This document shows positions 1 through 14,724 of a DNA stretch of 64,000 nucleotides, piece by piece (the first letter of the stretch is position 1; every line of letters starts with the position of its first letter). A program made the position numbers and the translations under genes. This stretch comes from Catajapyx aquilonaris. Lineage: Eukaryota. Under the pieces are notes generated by a model. The model was not told the origin of the DNA, did not search any database, and worked only from the letters and a program-made list of their open reading frames with translations. The DNA is taken from assembly GCA_000934665.2 (NCBI GenBank), contig KZ538031.1, positions 62,001-126,000 on the forward strand, read 5' to 3'.

Positions 1-851
1 AAACATTCACACTTTCGCGCCATCCAGTTCTGAAAAGGTGCCCCACGTGCTATCAAGTCCACGGCCGCAATATTTCACCGTTTTGACCCTCTCGCCCAAA
101 AATAACAACCGAAGTTGAAAAACGATACCTTCAGAACCGATTTCTTTTTCTCCCCGCGCCCCAGTAGGAAGGTCAACGTCGTTACAGAGGCAGCCAAGCT
201 GGGTTGCCCAGGAGATTGGGGGCACCCCCTACCGAAAATCTCCCCCCTATCCGTCCGTCTTTCTCTCTCCCCCCCAGAAAAGATCTACCAAAAAGCACTC
301 AGCCGTGATGCAATTGGATTATCAACTCGAGGGGAATGGATCGATACTCGATAACCAAAGTCGTCCAGTCGCCCTAGAAATCAATAACACTAGGGGTGGT
401 GAAAATACGGCGCGCGCTTCCCACCCGGAAAAAAAAAATTGTTTACATGCCTCACCTTCCGGAGCAGTCGGACATCAGTACAGTACACCGAAACCCAACC
501 AGCACTCGGTACGGCTCAGTAGGAGACTGGGTCATTTATATGTCGTGGTGTCCCTGTGGGGTCGGAAGGCTAATTTTGGGCCGGGCCCTGTGTGGTCCGG
601 AGACACGTGATACCCTGACCCCGACCTGACCTCAACCGCTTCCTGCGACAGTGTACTGTGACAAAACAGGTTTTGGCGCGCATTGTACGGGGGCGGAAGA
701 TACTCCGGTAATTATATCCTCCTGAGCGGAACTTAGCCTGAGGGACATATTGTCCGTGATTCGTTGGTCACCTTTTTTAAGACGCGTACCACCTGTTCCG
801 GAAACTTACAACCGGTTTGATGCACACACCGTCACTGGGTCAAAAACTCAC

Positions 852-898
852 GTGAGGACATCCCAGTTGGCGTACGTGCAGACCAACCCAGCAGCCAT
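852..898 (-). CDS. Candidate short alternative exon (MAAGLVCTYANWDVL; frame open to about 1039)
   Basis: Strong phase-2 donor AC|GTGAGT at 852/851, GCC-containing ATG region at 898. Confidence 0.25.
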
Positions 899-3019
899 GT
901 CCCAAGAAGTGGAGGAAACACCCGTGGGAAGCCTCCTCACCCTGTTTGTTCTCCAGCCCCGAATGGAGGGTGAAAAATTGGGAGGGTCCTTGGGGCGCAC
1001 CTTGGCCCCCTCAAGGCATTGTCGTTTTTGTAGGCCCAACCTCCCCCCCCCCCCCCCCCCNGCATACTGCAGGAATTATCCAAGACACAGATCAATACGT
1101 CCCATCATAATTACCGCCCCCCCCCCCCTCTCTTCTCTTTTATAGCATCCAGTGTTCTGGTAATATGACCTGCCAGCCGGTTAGAGGGCCATTATCAAGG
1201 CCATTACCGGACCCCGGCCCTCCAAATCTGAAGGGGGCAGGGATGCGCCCAAGAAAAAAGAAAAAAAATCATAGAGATGTTCCCAGTCAATGATGTCGTC
1301 TAAGGTTGTTTATAGCGTCGAGGACACGTTTCTGGCTTCTGGACTTCTGGAATTGTTTTATTGGGAGGGGGAGATGGTAAAGGTGACCTGGCTGCCACTT
1401 TTTGGTGTTGCACTGGGTGAAACGGCCTATGAAGACCTTATCTCCGGGTTGGTCACGCACGATGTCTTCCAGAAACATGGCTCATTGTAAACCAATAAAT
1501 GGAACTATAAAACGTGCAAATTAGATGTGTACAATTACTTGGTTACGGTTGTCGCCACTGTATGTTTGCACAGTGCACACGCAATACCGAACTGCACTTC
1601 TAGATATTTGCGGTGCTAACAAGCGTTTGTTACTCAAGTGTATACCGCTATAAGAATTGTGTACGAAAATAGAAAATGGTCGTCAAATTCGATACTTTAC
1701 GTCACTTCACGTGCAACTTGTTTTATTGTCGCTGTTATACATTTTGTGCCTTGTGTGACTACATACCTGGAGATAGTACGCAAATTAAAACTAAAATTGC
1801 AGGCTAAATGCAATCACTTTCGTTTTCTCTCAATGTTGTTCCTATATCCACCTCAATGCATCCGTATACGTTGAAAAACTTAGCTGCGGCGCAGGAAGTT
1901 TCCCTTGGAAGTTGTTTACCGTCGCAATACAGCACACGCTATCTCGTTACGTACTTCACTGATCTATTCCTCTACCCTTATCCCAACACTCGGACCTTCA
2001 AGAAAATATGCCAAGATATTGAAGATCAGCCAGTTACATCACAGCATATAACCAAACCGAAAATTCGAGCCACATATGCGACACACACCTGTCCCGCACA
2101 CGATAACGCTTTTTTTTCATATCGCACAAGCCGTATCCTTTTATCAGTCTTGTTGGCGCGCGTGTTCCGGAAATGTAAATTACCCCACCCACCAGATACA
2201 ATCGCCCCCTGTCTGCCGGACCTTTGTAAGAAACGCTCCCCAGCCCTCACCCTAGCAACTTGACCAAAACACATCAACATGAAAAAAACGAGGGCCTTCT
2301 TGCAGCTTGAACGTTTAATTTTCCCGTTTCAGATCAACTTTCGCTTGTTCTATTAAAAAACCCTAGAGTTTTTTTTATATAAAAAAACATGCGGCAGGTG
2401 AGACACGACATGGCTTCCAGAGTTCCAGGTGTCTTCCCCACTAACATCGTTTCATGTGCCATCTGCCGAGGTTGATATCCACTAATAGTTACTTCCGCTC
2501 CTCTTTTTGTGCTTACGGGGAATGAGGGGGTTAAATTGTCCTAATTACCAACTTCGTTTTGGAAGCAGTTCGCCTCCAGGGGGCAGCACAAAACTTCCCT
2601 AGCATTTAAAACGGCGCTTATTATTTATTAGGGAAGTGCTGGATTTGCATTCCCCCGTGAGTAATCGCCCCATCTCCCCATATCCTGTCAGATTTCCTCG
2701 AAAGCGCAATCACTCAAGCCACCCACGTCAGCAGTACGACCCTGGCATTGTCAACCCCTATAAAAGCACTGTAACGTCTAATTCAGGCGTGTGTACCAGG
2801 AAATCCCTCGTATAGCACGTGAACTCAACACTTTTCCGCTAAGGGCCTCTTGCATAAACACAATGCACAGGTATTCACAATGCTGACCGACACCTGATTT
2901 GTTGTTAAATTTTTAAATATTTTTTTACGAAAAACTGAATATGACTAAACAGCTATATCTCGGTTAATTTGAGATAACCCAACTGGTCATTTGTATCTAG
3001 AAACGTGACAATTTTCTTC

Positions 3020-3330
3020 CCCTTATTCACGTGGAAATATTTACTGTTTTACGTAGAAATACTGTACACGAATTCCCCTTATTTGCGCTAAAGATTGACT
3101 CAGGGTATACCGTCAGCATAAGTGACTCACTTCCCACGAAGGCCGGCGAATGACCCCACCTTCTCCCCTCTCAATTGTTGGCCGGGTCAAGCCATCATCT
3201 TCAGCGCAGACAGGTCTTTGGCACCGCGGCCGTGTTGTGTCGCCCTAAGTGACGTAACATCACGTGGGCCGCAGGAAGGGCGATGGTCTTGGCCCTGGAC
3301 CAGCACTATGCACGTGGCGCAGCCAGTTTG
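3020..3330. promoter_or_regulatory. Dense cis-regulatory module: three E-boxes, two AP-1 sites, one CRE/PAR-like site
   Basis: CACGTG at 3028, 3261, 3311; TGACTCA at 3096 and 3123; TGACGTAA at 3250-3257. Confidence 0.45.
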
Positions 3331-4342
3331 TTGGCTTTCCCTTTCACTACACACCCGCTTTTTTTTAAATGACAAAAAAGTGCAAAAAAAGAAACGCTCC
3401 TTTTCGCGCATTGTTTCTGCTTCGGGCCGGGAAAGAATCCGAGTTCACTTTCTCAGGAGCAGAAACCCAGTCTTGTGCAACCGCGTACACGTAACGTGGT
3501 TTACGCACGTTTTTTTCTTCTTCGGAACCTTCTCCCGCCCCTGACCTTCTCTTGCTTTCGCCTGGCTGAAGGAGGAGACCAACATCCCTGACTCTTTGTT
3601 TATTTCGTAGTTAAGCAAAGCGCAGGATGTTTGGAGGAGGCGGAGGTGGAGAAGAAAGAAAAAGGTGGAGGTGGCAGCAGCCGCCCGCAATTCAAGGACC
3701 CACGCTGAAGCACACCTGTGCATAAAGAACACTTCAGACCCCACGGGATACCTGCACTGAAATGACTGGTTTTGCTGTACGGTCTGACCCCTAGTAAAAT
3801 TTTGGTATGCATGCATCCAGCGGCAATTCCTCCAGTATGTTCCTGGTAGGGCCTCGAAGTATAAGGCGGGCATGTGAAGACCACCTTCCGTACATGTAGT
3901 GGCTATAACCAGGAGGTGACTGGGCGGTATAGGCATTCGCCTGCCTGCCTGCCTACCTGCCAGGCCTACCCATGGGCCAAAGAGAGCCATTCACCCTGGG
4001 ACAGCCCTGCTGACCTTGAAGGCCCAGGCGCATTGCCCTCTCTGCTTCTTCCAGACTCGACTCCGGACACGGGCAACCATCTTGCATCGCGCTTCCTCGT
4101 GCTTACAAAATGAGCGCAAAACCATCCAATCTCCGGCTTATCTAGCCCAAATAGTTTGTCCCTTCCTGTGTGCAAAGCCCGACCTACTTTAATTTGGGGG
4201 CCCTCATTTGCTTTTGCTCTAACCTTAGAACCAGTCGCAAAAACGGGTTCACACCGGTGCAAACCCTTTGTTACGTATGGCCCACCCCGGTGTGGCACAG
4301 GAAATACCGAGCATTCCCGTGTCATTTCCAAGGGTCATTTAC

Positions 4343-4419
4343 CCGAATCCATCATCGAGCATTGCGCATCTGATGGCCATGTTGATCTCTCCGATGATGC
4401 GGAAGGACCAACGAAACAT
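4343..4419 (-). CDS. Candidate short alternative first exon (MFRWSFRIIGEINMAIRCAMLDDGF)
   Basis: ATG at 4419, 25 codons plus 2 nt, phase-2 donor GG|GTAAAT. Confidence 0.3.
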
Positions 4420-7400
4420 GTCCAATGGTCGAGGAAGGAAATGAAGCGGCTTTTAATTTTTCCGGTGTCGTTTACCTCCTCACCTCCAAGTCACCTGGAC
4501 AAGGTTGTCCGTCTGCAAAACCAGGGTTGTGCTACCAACCGTAAACCCCACTGAGCCTGTGATCCTCGGCTTCCCATGGTCTTTTGTGCCCAATGCGTCA
4601 TCTGATTACGGTAATGTGTCCTCCCCTTACCCTGCCTTTCCCACCCACCTCATTGATTCTGCAGCTTCTTATCTCAAGGTCGACTATTGCTGCACTAGTA
4701 AACAACCATCGGAAACGTACGCTAAAACCCGTATTGCTCACCAATAAGGAATTCCTTCAGTCACAATTTAGCAAACATTTCTCTCTTTCTGCGCACTTCC
4801 CACACCCTTTGACACCCAAACCCATTACTTGAAAAAATTCCAGGGAACAATACAGGTGCAACAATCGGGCACGTTGACCACACAAAAGGACCCCCTAATT
4901 TTTTTTCAAGGTTTCGGGTATGAAAGGAGGTATAGGGGGAATCGATGCATATGCCTCATGAATTATTATCCAAAAGGGTAGTAGGGGGGTGGTTGGGAGG
5001 GTAAAAACGGCCTTCAATCGGCGCTCGCAAAGCACCCCAGTCCACGAGCCAACTTTTCTGGTCGATAACGTAATCCAAACCCACCCTCATCTGCTCTCAT
5101 AATACAAATAAGCCGACGATGAGGTCAGTTTGCTACTGGAAGAGGGGGGGGCAATCACTCCGTATTGTCCTGGCATATCATTGTAGGGAGCTGCTGAAGT
5201 TTCACTGCTTATTGGGTGATAAAACGACAGCTTTGTTTAAAATATTGCGATTTTTTTTTTAAAGAGCAGTTCGAGCTGAGAGTTTTTGATCAAAGGGATG
5301 TGTTGAATGTAACGCAGGTGAATCTGGTTCACACCTATTCATTTGCACACATTAATAATATGTATCATGAGTAGGACGAGGGTGGATTTTGCACGCGAAC
5401 ATGGAGGTCTTTTTCAAATGCGTATAAAATGCTAACAATATAACAGGAAATGAAAGTAGCGCACTTACAGTACAGTGGTTACATTTCATTAAATACACAG
5501 CACCCTATAGCTATTTCAACATGGCTGCAGCAGCAAGTTGCTGAAAAATTCACGTTTTACACCTACACACAACCGCCTACACCTGCTACCCGATTTATAA
5601 TTTCGTGTTAAAATATTTGCCAGCTTAGAACCGCACCCACTGTAACACTGTCGCAAAACTCTCCGGTCAGGTATCAAACAACAACAACAACAACAAAAAA
5701 CGTTTAGCTACTGCAACAAACTCCCAAGGCAAACACGATAATGGTCATCGACCATGATTCAACTGGAGAAAAAAAAATGTTAGAAGCATTATAAAAAAAG
5801 AAAAACGTCGGACAGAAATGTTGCAGGAAATAAGCAGCAAGAGAGCAGGGCCAACACTAGATGAAAGTTCAAGGCAAGCGAGTGATGGCTGTGCCAACTG
5901 AAAAGTCCGCCGCTGGATCTTTACTATATAGGGAGGAGTAACATAACCAAAGAGGAAGAAAAAAAACACTCCCCCCCTATGAAGGTCACTTACTGTTTTC
6001 ATTCATGGATGGAAAATGTGCAGATCGGGGACACTGCACTTCGCCGTGGAAGACAAGAGTGAGAGTGGATTTTTCATATAAGCAACGGGTTAGGCAACAA
6101 AGGCCCGTTTTGTTGTAGAGCCCCCCGTACCTCATGGGGAGGCTTTTCCCCCTTCAGAATACAGGGTCGGTGGACAATAAAAGATGAAAAGTAGCCGGCA
6201 AACCAAGATTGATTAGCACAGTATCGAATGATCAAAATCATGCTCGTTACCTCCAATGTATTTAACATCAAATTAGACGTAAAATCAGAATTGTCCACAG
6301 AAGTCACCACACAAAAACCCAGGAGGAATTCACAGTCTGAGAGATTTGGCCCCGTCTTTCCCACGACCACCCCTCCCTTCCCCAGCTCCCATCCCCCTGA
6401 CGAGAGCCCAGGGGACAAAAGCCGGCTCCATGCACGACTCCTACCCCTCCTCTTTGGCCTCGGGGCCATCTGGCCTGCCGCTGCTGCTCCTGCATGCACG
6501 ACCCCCGGACCCTCCGCATTACCACAACCAAGAAATTTTTACACGCCAAATTTCAGCCATGATTGATAACGCCTCGGGGTCTGAACCCCCCCCNNNNNNN
6601 NNNNNNNNNNNNNNNNCCCCCCCCCCAATTTCTATACGACACTACACACATGAACTTTACACCATACGAGGCCACTGGCATGCGGGCATGGGTGGGGATT
6701 TAATAGCAAGTTTCCAGCCGCATACTGGTTAGGCTACTTCTGAGTGTGATTGACCAGCCTCGGGGCATGGTACACACACGCTCACGTCTTTGGTCGTTCC
6801 ACCTGAGGATCCTGGAGCATCGACTCGAAAAACCGCGACCAAAAAATTACACATCCGCGGTAAAATTCGGTGGGTATTGGCAATTGCGTTGATATACTCC
6901 CGTTTTTATGAGTGTGTGTATGTGCCAGGACCTCACCTGAATGGAATCTCAAGAATCCCAGTCCTTGATTGGCTGCGTGCCGGGCGTAAGAAAAATTTGT
7001 TAGTCTTTATGGCCGCAGGCCCAACCGCGTACAGATCGATCCTGAGGGGACGGCTATAAACTTATGGGGCTGCGATAGTGTCGTGCCCATAGCCCAAAAT
7101 CAACCAAGCCGAGAGCTTCAGATCGATAGAAAAGGGACGGCCCCGTTTTCACACGTCTGCGACAGGGGGAGATGTTCCGGACCCCAGCCAGATCTTCAAC
7201 GGAAGATGAAGTTGCGTGTACCGAACAATGGAACCCGGGGGAAGGTCATGGTAACCCCTCCTATAAGGCAGCACCTGGACGTGACCAGAGAAAAGCCATG
7301 GAATAGTCGTCGCCCCACGATATTTCGATATAAGGCCACTTTTAATAATTGTGTGCAATATATTAATGCCTATTTCTAACAAGTGGTCTTTACAGCACTG

Positions 7401-8724
7401 TCTGGTGAACTTTGGAACTGTTTCCATTCCATTGATAAAATTTATTTCCTCGTTTCCTAGCTGGCCAGCAGATAACGACGTTCTTTTTACATAAAACTGC
7501 TTTTCCCCCTTTTTTTTCTACCGGCTTTATCTCCGACACGTGCTTGGGAAAAACCGAGGGGGCGAGTCCATAGAAACGAATAATTTAAAACCTCCAACCA
7601 CGTCACACACTTATGTACTTGGAGTCAGAAAAATGTTCTTGCGCCATGCAACACTTTTCGCAAGGAGGTAATCAGCGCCAAAATACATCCGGTGGAAATG
7701 GCAATTTCCGCGCCTCAAATACCCCGCGCACGGTAAACGCGTGTACACAAAACGGATCCTTAATTACAGCAATTACCCTAGTAGTACGCAAAAATCGCTC
7801 CGAGTAAAACCCAAACTTATCACTATTTTAAAAAACTGTGTTTTTTTCCCATCCTTCCAAAAAATCCTGGGCAGCAACATTGGAGCTAATTTGGCGTGCT
7901 GAGTGACTTGCAAAACGCTGGCCGATCATTGCCGACCCGCCCTTTACACTCACGCACACATACTTCGCAGGAAGCCCAAACGTGTTCTCCTCACCGGAGG
8001 AAGCCGGGTTGTAATTAGGCATCGGAAATTGTAACTGGCGACATCGGGTTCATGCGTGCCGCACAGCATTTCCTCCCCGTCGTATCAAAGAACCCCCACT
8101 TTTCCGAAGTGAATTATAGACCGACAAGTGCCTATCTGCAGGTGTCGGGCTCATTAGGACCTGCTCACGGTATCTGTCGCTCGCCGGGTGTGGATCACAA
8201 GCGAGCGACGCAGCGTGAGCGAGAAGTCAACGGACCAATCGGGGTGGCCGAGTTGGCTTCTCGCTCCAACGTGGTATTTTCACCCATACCAGATTTCGGT
8301 CGCGTTTAGTCCTCCCAAGCTAGTCTCGCACCACGAATCGATCAGAGCGACTTGGCAACCGCAGTTATTGCCACCACTCTCCCAACGACTACCCCCTCCA
8401 CGAAAATCTGCATTTCCAATTTCGCATTGAGCTAACCACAACCTCACACCGTGGGTACATAACATCCCCAGCAGAAAACCCAAGTAGTGTATACGGAAGA
8501 TTGTAAAATTCCTTGTATTTTTTCGGTTGGGGCCACGAGTCGGCATCGGTGCCAAGTGGGCCACTTCCTTTTTCTTAGATACATTTTGAACCGCCTACGT
8601 CTGCCTGCGACCTCCAATTATAACCCCCTCCGAAAAAGCTGCCAAAGGAGCTCGCGCCCAGGGACAAGGAACTGTCTGGTTACACATTCGAAGCACCGTT
8701 CAAAAAATCGCCCGTTGGTTTCGT

Positions 8725-8775
8725 TGGATATACCCCCAGCTCTTATTATGTAGATGGCTGCTGGGGGGATATCCA
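8725..8775. repeat. Short inverted repeat or hairpin
   Basis: TGGATATACCCCCAGC (8725-8740) pairs with GCTGGGGGGATATCCA (8760-8775) at 15/16 positions around a 19-nt loop. Confidence 0.7.
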
Positions 8776-11700
8776 GGGCTTCCACACCCTTCAACACGAC
8801 TTCCTAGATCTCTCAGTTGCGGGCACCCCAACCCTCCCTAGCCATTGTGCACGATTCATTAATCATCTCTACTCGCCCCGACTGCTTCACTGCTAAAGAA
8901 GAGCCAACACCTCCTGTGAAAAGATTCGCACGAGTGCTGCTGCCGGACACGCAAAAAAAAAACTGGCCAACGGACTTGCGACGAATACCAATCGGTATAC
9001 AATCGCCAACGTAGGTTACATAATGTCTGGATCAATATTCGGACCATATCGCTTATCTGCAACTCAATCGGGCTAGGAGTACGGGGGCCTACATTACGCA
9101 AGTTGACATTGAGAATGGGGCTTAGCTTTGTCATTGATAGGGTATCCTCGTGGGGTAGTCCCGATTTAGGTCCGGCCTTTTCATATAGATCCTTTATTGG
9201 CTAGTGCATTTCCCATGGAGCCATTTACATTCGGAAATGCACAAAGCGAGCTTTATCAGATAGAGCAAAGGTGGCCTTGAGGAATAATTATCGCAATTGC
9301 AGGTTGTCTTGTGACCAATCCAATGCTGATACTACTTGGAGAAAAAAAAACGGTATTACAATATCCACGAAAACGATGAGCACGCATTGTCTTCCGGCAC
9401 AATCCGCGCGAATTCCTCCACGGACCATAATTAAATAAACGACCCCATTCGATCAAGTTCCCAGAAATCCAACTGCATCCCACTGAACCCATCAATCCCC
9501 GGCTCATACAACCTGCAATCGACACGATCGCACACATGACTGAACCCAGTCCCGAACCCACCGCAGCCGCACAAAAACACACCCGCGGCACGTACCGTAT
9601 CCGCCCCCTTCATATCCTCCCCCATCCATAAACAACACCCCCCCGTCATATCCCGCCTCAAATATAAATGACCATCCTCATATTTGCCCCCACCTGCAGA
9701 ACACGCCATATACCTAGAAAGTACAGATCGAATCCCGTAAAGTGTTTCCAAGAGAGTTCGTCTCTCCTCATCTAAAAAGTGTGTTCTATTTTTCGCCCGG
9801 TGTGTAATTGGACCCGGCGACAGCCCACACGACTTTCAAGTCCCTGAGACGGTCCCCAAGGCCCAATCAGTTTGGTGGGAGATGGAGAAGAAGGAGGATG
9901 GAAACCCTACAAACTTTGCCTCGGGAGCCAGTCTTCCGAGAGGCTGATGGGGGAGGAAAAGCCCCCAGAAGGAGTGCCTTCTCTTCCGTTTCCCGCAGGA
10001 CAACGGCACAAGGCACGCGGTTCTCCTATCGATCAGAAGCTAGGAGGGGATGCTGTGGGGGAGTGACTACCAGAGAGGCACACACAAGAAGGAAAAAGAA
10101 TGTGTCGATTCCACTCTTCAGGCAATTGCGAGGGTGGACTAATCGGCATGAATTATCATAAGCGACTTGAGGCATTGGCTAAGAGCTTTTTTTTGTTGTT
10201 TACCAATTACCAGCACTACCGGTTGGCCAAGCTCATTGAACTTGTGTAAGCACACATTAGTGTCATTTGTCACTGCTCATTACAATTCTGCATTAGGGAA
10301 TCAGAATAAAAAAGCCTATACCCCTGGCTGACCTCGACTCTTAACCCGACTTTCACAACCGGCATCTGCATCAACGCAGGGCCGTACAGTACGACATGGT
10401 TTGCGGAAACATGCAATGCACATTTCGTAGATGGTAGGTACCAGAAGGCGGATTTCACCCACGTGTCTTCTGCCTTTTCCTCGTAGCGTATCAGCCAATC
10501 CACGTCATAATGACGATAACACCGTACATCTACAGTCTGATTGCGTGTTGCTAAAAAAAATCCCCGGTTACATATCGCAATGCTTCATACAATTTCTTTC
10601 GTTTCGTTTTTTCACAGTGCTATCTTTAGCTCTTACACTTTCTCTCAACAACACTGCCTTACAGACACGTTTCAATAAAATCCGGCTTTCGTAATTATAA
10701 ACGACATCCCACGCCTCGCGACACGTTGTAAGTTACGTTCCCGACATTAATGCCCACTCCTAGTCATTTATTTTTTCCCCCCGGACAAGGTAGGCCTCTT
10801 TTTTTATATACCTTGCACACAGACGGCCCATGATGATCCCGCTCATTACCACTGCTTCCACCGCACCAGTGGACATCATCGGCATTTGGGTCACGTGTAC
10901 TCCACAAAACCCTTATTTATAAAATAGGGGACCCGGGCGTTTTGATACCCATCTCATCCGCCAGCACGAACTGTCGCTATTCTTGACAAACTGTGTGGCT
11001 CGGTAACGGAAGTCCCCAAGGACCATTGCTTCCGTTTACATTTTCACATGCGGTTGTCTTGTTCCCCTTTTCAAATAATTACCAGGGGAGCTCTGGGCGT
11101 CACACCTCCGCATGCAATTTCCACGTTTCACACCCGTCGCCTAACCCCAACCAACCTCGTCCCTACCCCTCCGAACATCGATCAGGATTTGCTCCATAAA
11201 TGTGCCGCATGATGCTCTTGGGAACTGCAGAACCTCGGACACAACCTAGGTGGCTATGCATGTTGCAGCATACAGCTTTCTGAAGTGCTTCAAACTCTCA
11301 GGAGCTTTACAAAAAAAAAAAAAAAGATTATTTCAAAGTTTACGATTATTATTATCCAGAACATGCACGCAACCTTTCAAAAAGGTTTCATGCAGAAAGA
11401 TTGTAAGTGGCAAATTGGAGGTGGAAAGGGTACGGTATAAGAATTATTTATGCAATGGTTGGTGGATTAAATGGCGCTTCAAGTTTGTAATTCTCAGAGC
11501 CCGTTGAGTTATCGGGCAGATGATTTATGTTCACGGAATAAAATACTACCTACATTCCGCGAAAATTTTGTCGCACGCGACATTTTCGTAATGAGCAAAT
11601 TTTGTCATGCTTCATTTGTCGTCGACTTGGGTGGCCCAGGTTCTGAAGTCATAATGGTGCGTAACACATGCAACAGTCCACGTCACCATTCGGCGGGCCC

Positions 11701-11855
11701 GGAATGTCCATGTGCACCAATAGATGAACGGCCCTTCAGATAATCGTCCCGTTAAGTATCCTTCGAATGATTCATTCCTCCCTAGACAACCCAGCCAATT
11801 CCGTGCCGAATTCTCCGATAGTCCTCATGCGCATTCCTCCCACCAAAAAACCCAG

Positions 11856-11893
11856 TAGTATGTGGAAATAATCACTAGTATGTGGAAATAATC
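11856..11893. repeat. Tandem duplication, period 20
   Basis: TAGTATGTGGAAATAATC at 11856-11873 and 11876-11893. Confidence 0.85.
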
Positions 11894-14724
11894 CAACTAA
11901 CGAGCACCCCCCCCCCTTTTTTTTTGTTTCCCCCCCCCCCCTACCGCAGAGGTCGGCCTTGGTTCCATCACGATGCTAAATTACTGCATGGTAAACAGGT
12001 TTCCAGGCTCTTTGACTCGTCCCTTATTCCCGTTTTGTGCGAGCCTCCCAACACGCACCGCGCTCTAATGGACCCAAAATCATAGTTGTCACCACTGGAG
12101 AGGGGGCGAAACCCTCCTTTGTTCCCTAGGCGTCCCCCCAACCATCCGCATACTTACTAGAAAGTCTCAAGCTCCAGCTGAGCACTGTTGGTATAATGCA
12201 CCGCGATCATAGTTCCTGATAAGATTTCTTTAAACACCGCACTGAACTTGCACCTCCATAAGCACCCCACCCACCGTCACCGCCACCGAAGATGCTGGGG
12301 GTGGTACCGACAACGAAAACGTCCGTCCCACTGGGCCTGCACTCTTGCACTGACGGACGGACGTCCCCCTTCTGCCGCACAAGGCCTGTGTTTCACCCCC
12401 CTCTCCCCGGTCCCTATCCCTCCCTTCCGTGCTTGGGTGGGAACGGGCCCTGCCTGCCTGCGGGTGGGTGGGTGGTGGGAAGGTTCGGGAGGAGGGGAAG
12501 AGCCAGGAGGAACTGGAGGAGTCGAGGTCCCTACACGCGCACGCGCCTCGACCCTCCAAAAACCCAACCCCGTTTCCGTAGGACTGGGTCCTATATACAG
12601 CAACCCCGGTTTATCGCCCACGACCATGACACACCGAGGTGAACACTCCGACCAAGGAGAGAGTAGGACCTCCCCAAGTGATTTAACCCGAGGTTGTGTA
12701 CAGTGTCTCAGAAAATGTTGCATAATTCATCGATGCTTGGTCCTGCGACCCGATTGTCATTCTCAATGCCGACAACGTTGTTTATTTAGATGGATTCCGG
12801 ATACGTGCGACTGGGAACTGTGTTTCGACTGACTTTGAAAAACCGCATGTGGGTCGCGGGGGGGTTATTAATTAATGACTAATTACGACCGAGCTACAGT
12901 ATATAAAAATGCATTCATTACGCGCATGCTTAGCAAGCCTGAAAAAAAAAACCCCCGTGGAAATTGCATGTACATTACAGCAGCTCCAACAAACGAGTAA
13001 CAATGGACATAGCCTACTGCACCAATATCAACGGGCATTGTCCCACACTTGTTTCGAAGGGTATTGATATATTGTCCAGACTCTAGTCCACACTGTGAAG
13101 TCCTGTAGTTGACTCGACCCCGCACCGTTGCACTACATTGGTTTCATTACTGGACATTATTGCAGCTAATAATGGGTACAAGTTCAGAACGACCGCTTCC
13201 CAATACGGTTCGGTTGCTGACAGTTGCATAACCTGAAAGTCACGCAAATCTCCAGGGGCGGGCTGTGTTATCGCGTGTCGTAAGTTTCCGCATAACATAA
13301 TCAATGTGGTATCGATACCAATCCACTTGGGCACGATTGGAAGCGCACGATATGGTTTGTCTATAAACCCCGTGTCTTGAAGCATCCTTGGCGGAGATTA
13401 TGGCAGAGATAGAGCAGGCTACGCTAGCAGACACAATTGATCCGGTTATTATACGCCGCCCTGCCTAATCCTACAAGAATACTCTTTAGGGCCGTCCATA
13501 AATTACCTAGACACTCTTTCACTATTTTCAATCCTCCCTTGGTAGGCACCTGTATACAATTCATTGACGTACATTCATGTACTATTGAAGACCCTTCCTG
13601 TCTACATAATTTATAGAGGCGACCCGTTTCTCGTATTCAACATATTCATCAGGTCCCAGGAGTATCGGATTCAGCAAAACAACCCAATACTACTTCCTTA
13701 TGTATACCGTAAGTCGAAGTGTAATGCCCGAGTGAAAGTGCAAATATTTTCATCTCGTTTGCCTCTCTTATCTCACGTGCAGTTTCAGGGGTGTATATGC
13801 ATAATTATATATGAGTAGGCTGTTATGCATATTATACACACCATGCACAGGCTCACACAGGGTACGATGGCAGCATGAGGACAGGCAATGCCAAACTGAA
13901 CAATGAACATGCGAAGAGTACGGTATAAATCCGAGTATAATTGGACAAAGCGTTAGCAAATATTGGCACTAAATCACATTTGCACTAGTTCATAAACATG
14001 TCGTATGCTAAATACCAATAAAAAAAAGGTACCATGATACCGGAAAACTTTTCACTGTGCATAAAATTGTGAGGTAAGTCAAGAAGGAAGGATCAGTCAC
14101 ATCGGGAACAAAGGAAACTAATGAATTTAATCTTTTCTCACAATGGTGCTGAGGGTAAATCGCAATACTAACCCTTAATTTGGCATTTAAGAACAAAGCA
14201 TATAGTAACGAGCTACAGGGATGTAATACATAACTGAACGTGTGTGAGAAATGAATGCGATATTAAAATAATGGGCAATGAAATCCGGGGAAGAATGAAG
14301 CGATAATTATTACACAAGAGAAACTACTGCATTGGTCGCAAGGTCCCCAAAGAGTAGCAATATTTTGAAGAGAAAAAACGTGTACAAGATGTCGCAAAGA
14401 AGCTTTTCAAAAAATCCAAAAGACAAACCAACAATCACTGCTCTGCACACTTCGATCATACAACACTGCTCCTTTGTATGGTTAGTCGACGTTTACTTTG
14501 TTTCCAGCAGCCCCATTATACACAATCTTCCCCCTCAAATTCATGAAAACTGCCTAATCACTACTGCTCAGCATTACGCACAGAAACCCTGAGGATCATG
14601 GCCATCTCCCTCGTGCCTTCTGTACCAGAAAGTTCTCTTTTTTGGGGAGCCCGTGGCCTAAGGTGTGGAAAACCAGGTGGTTTGGATCCAGGCTCTCTTC
14701 ATGCAGCCAGTCAGCCTGCCCTAC

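Noticed and set aside
2180..2893. Minus-strand frame that reads as a Ser-rich protein if all TNN codons are read as Ser (recoding or RNA-editing idea)
   Set aside because: Self-fulfilling: any random frame looks like this under that rule. Stop frequency (about 14 in 240 codons) and second-position base use look random.
11856..11893. CRISPR-like repeat
   Set aside because: Two adjacent copies without spacers in eukaryotic DNA; a simple tandem duplication.
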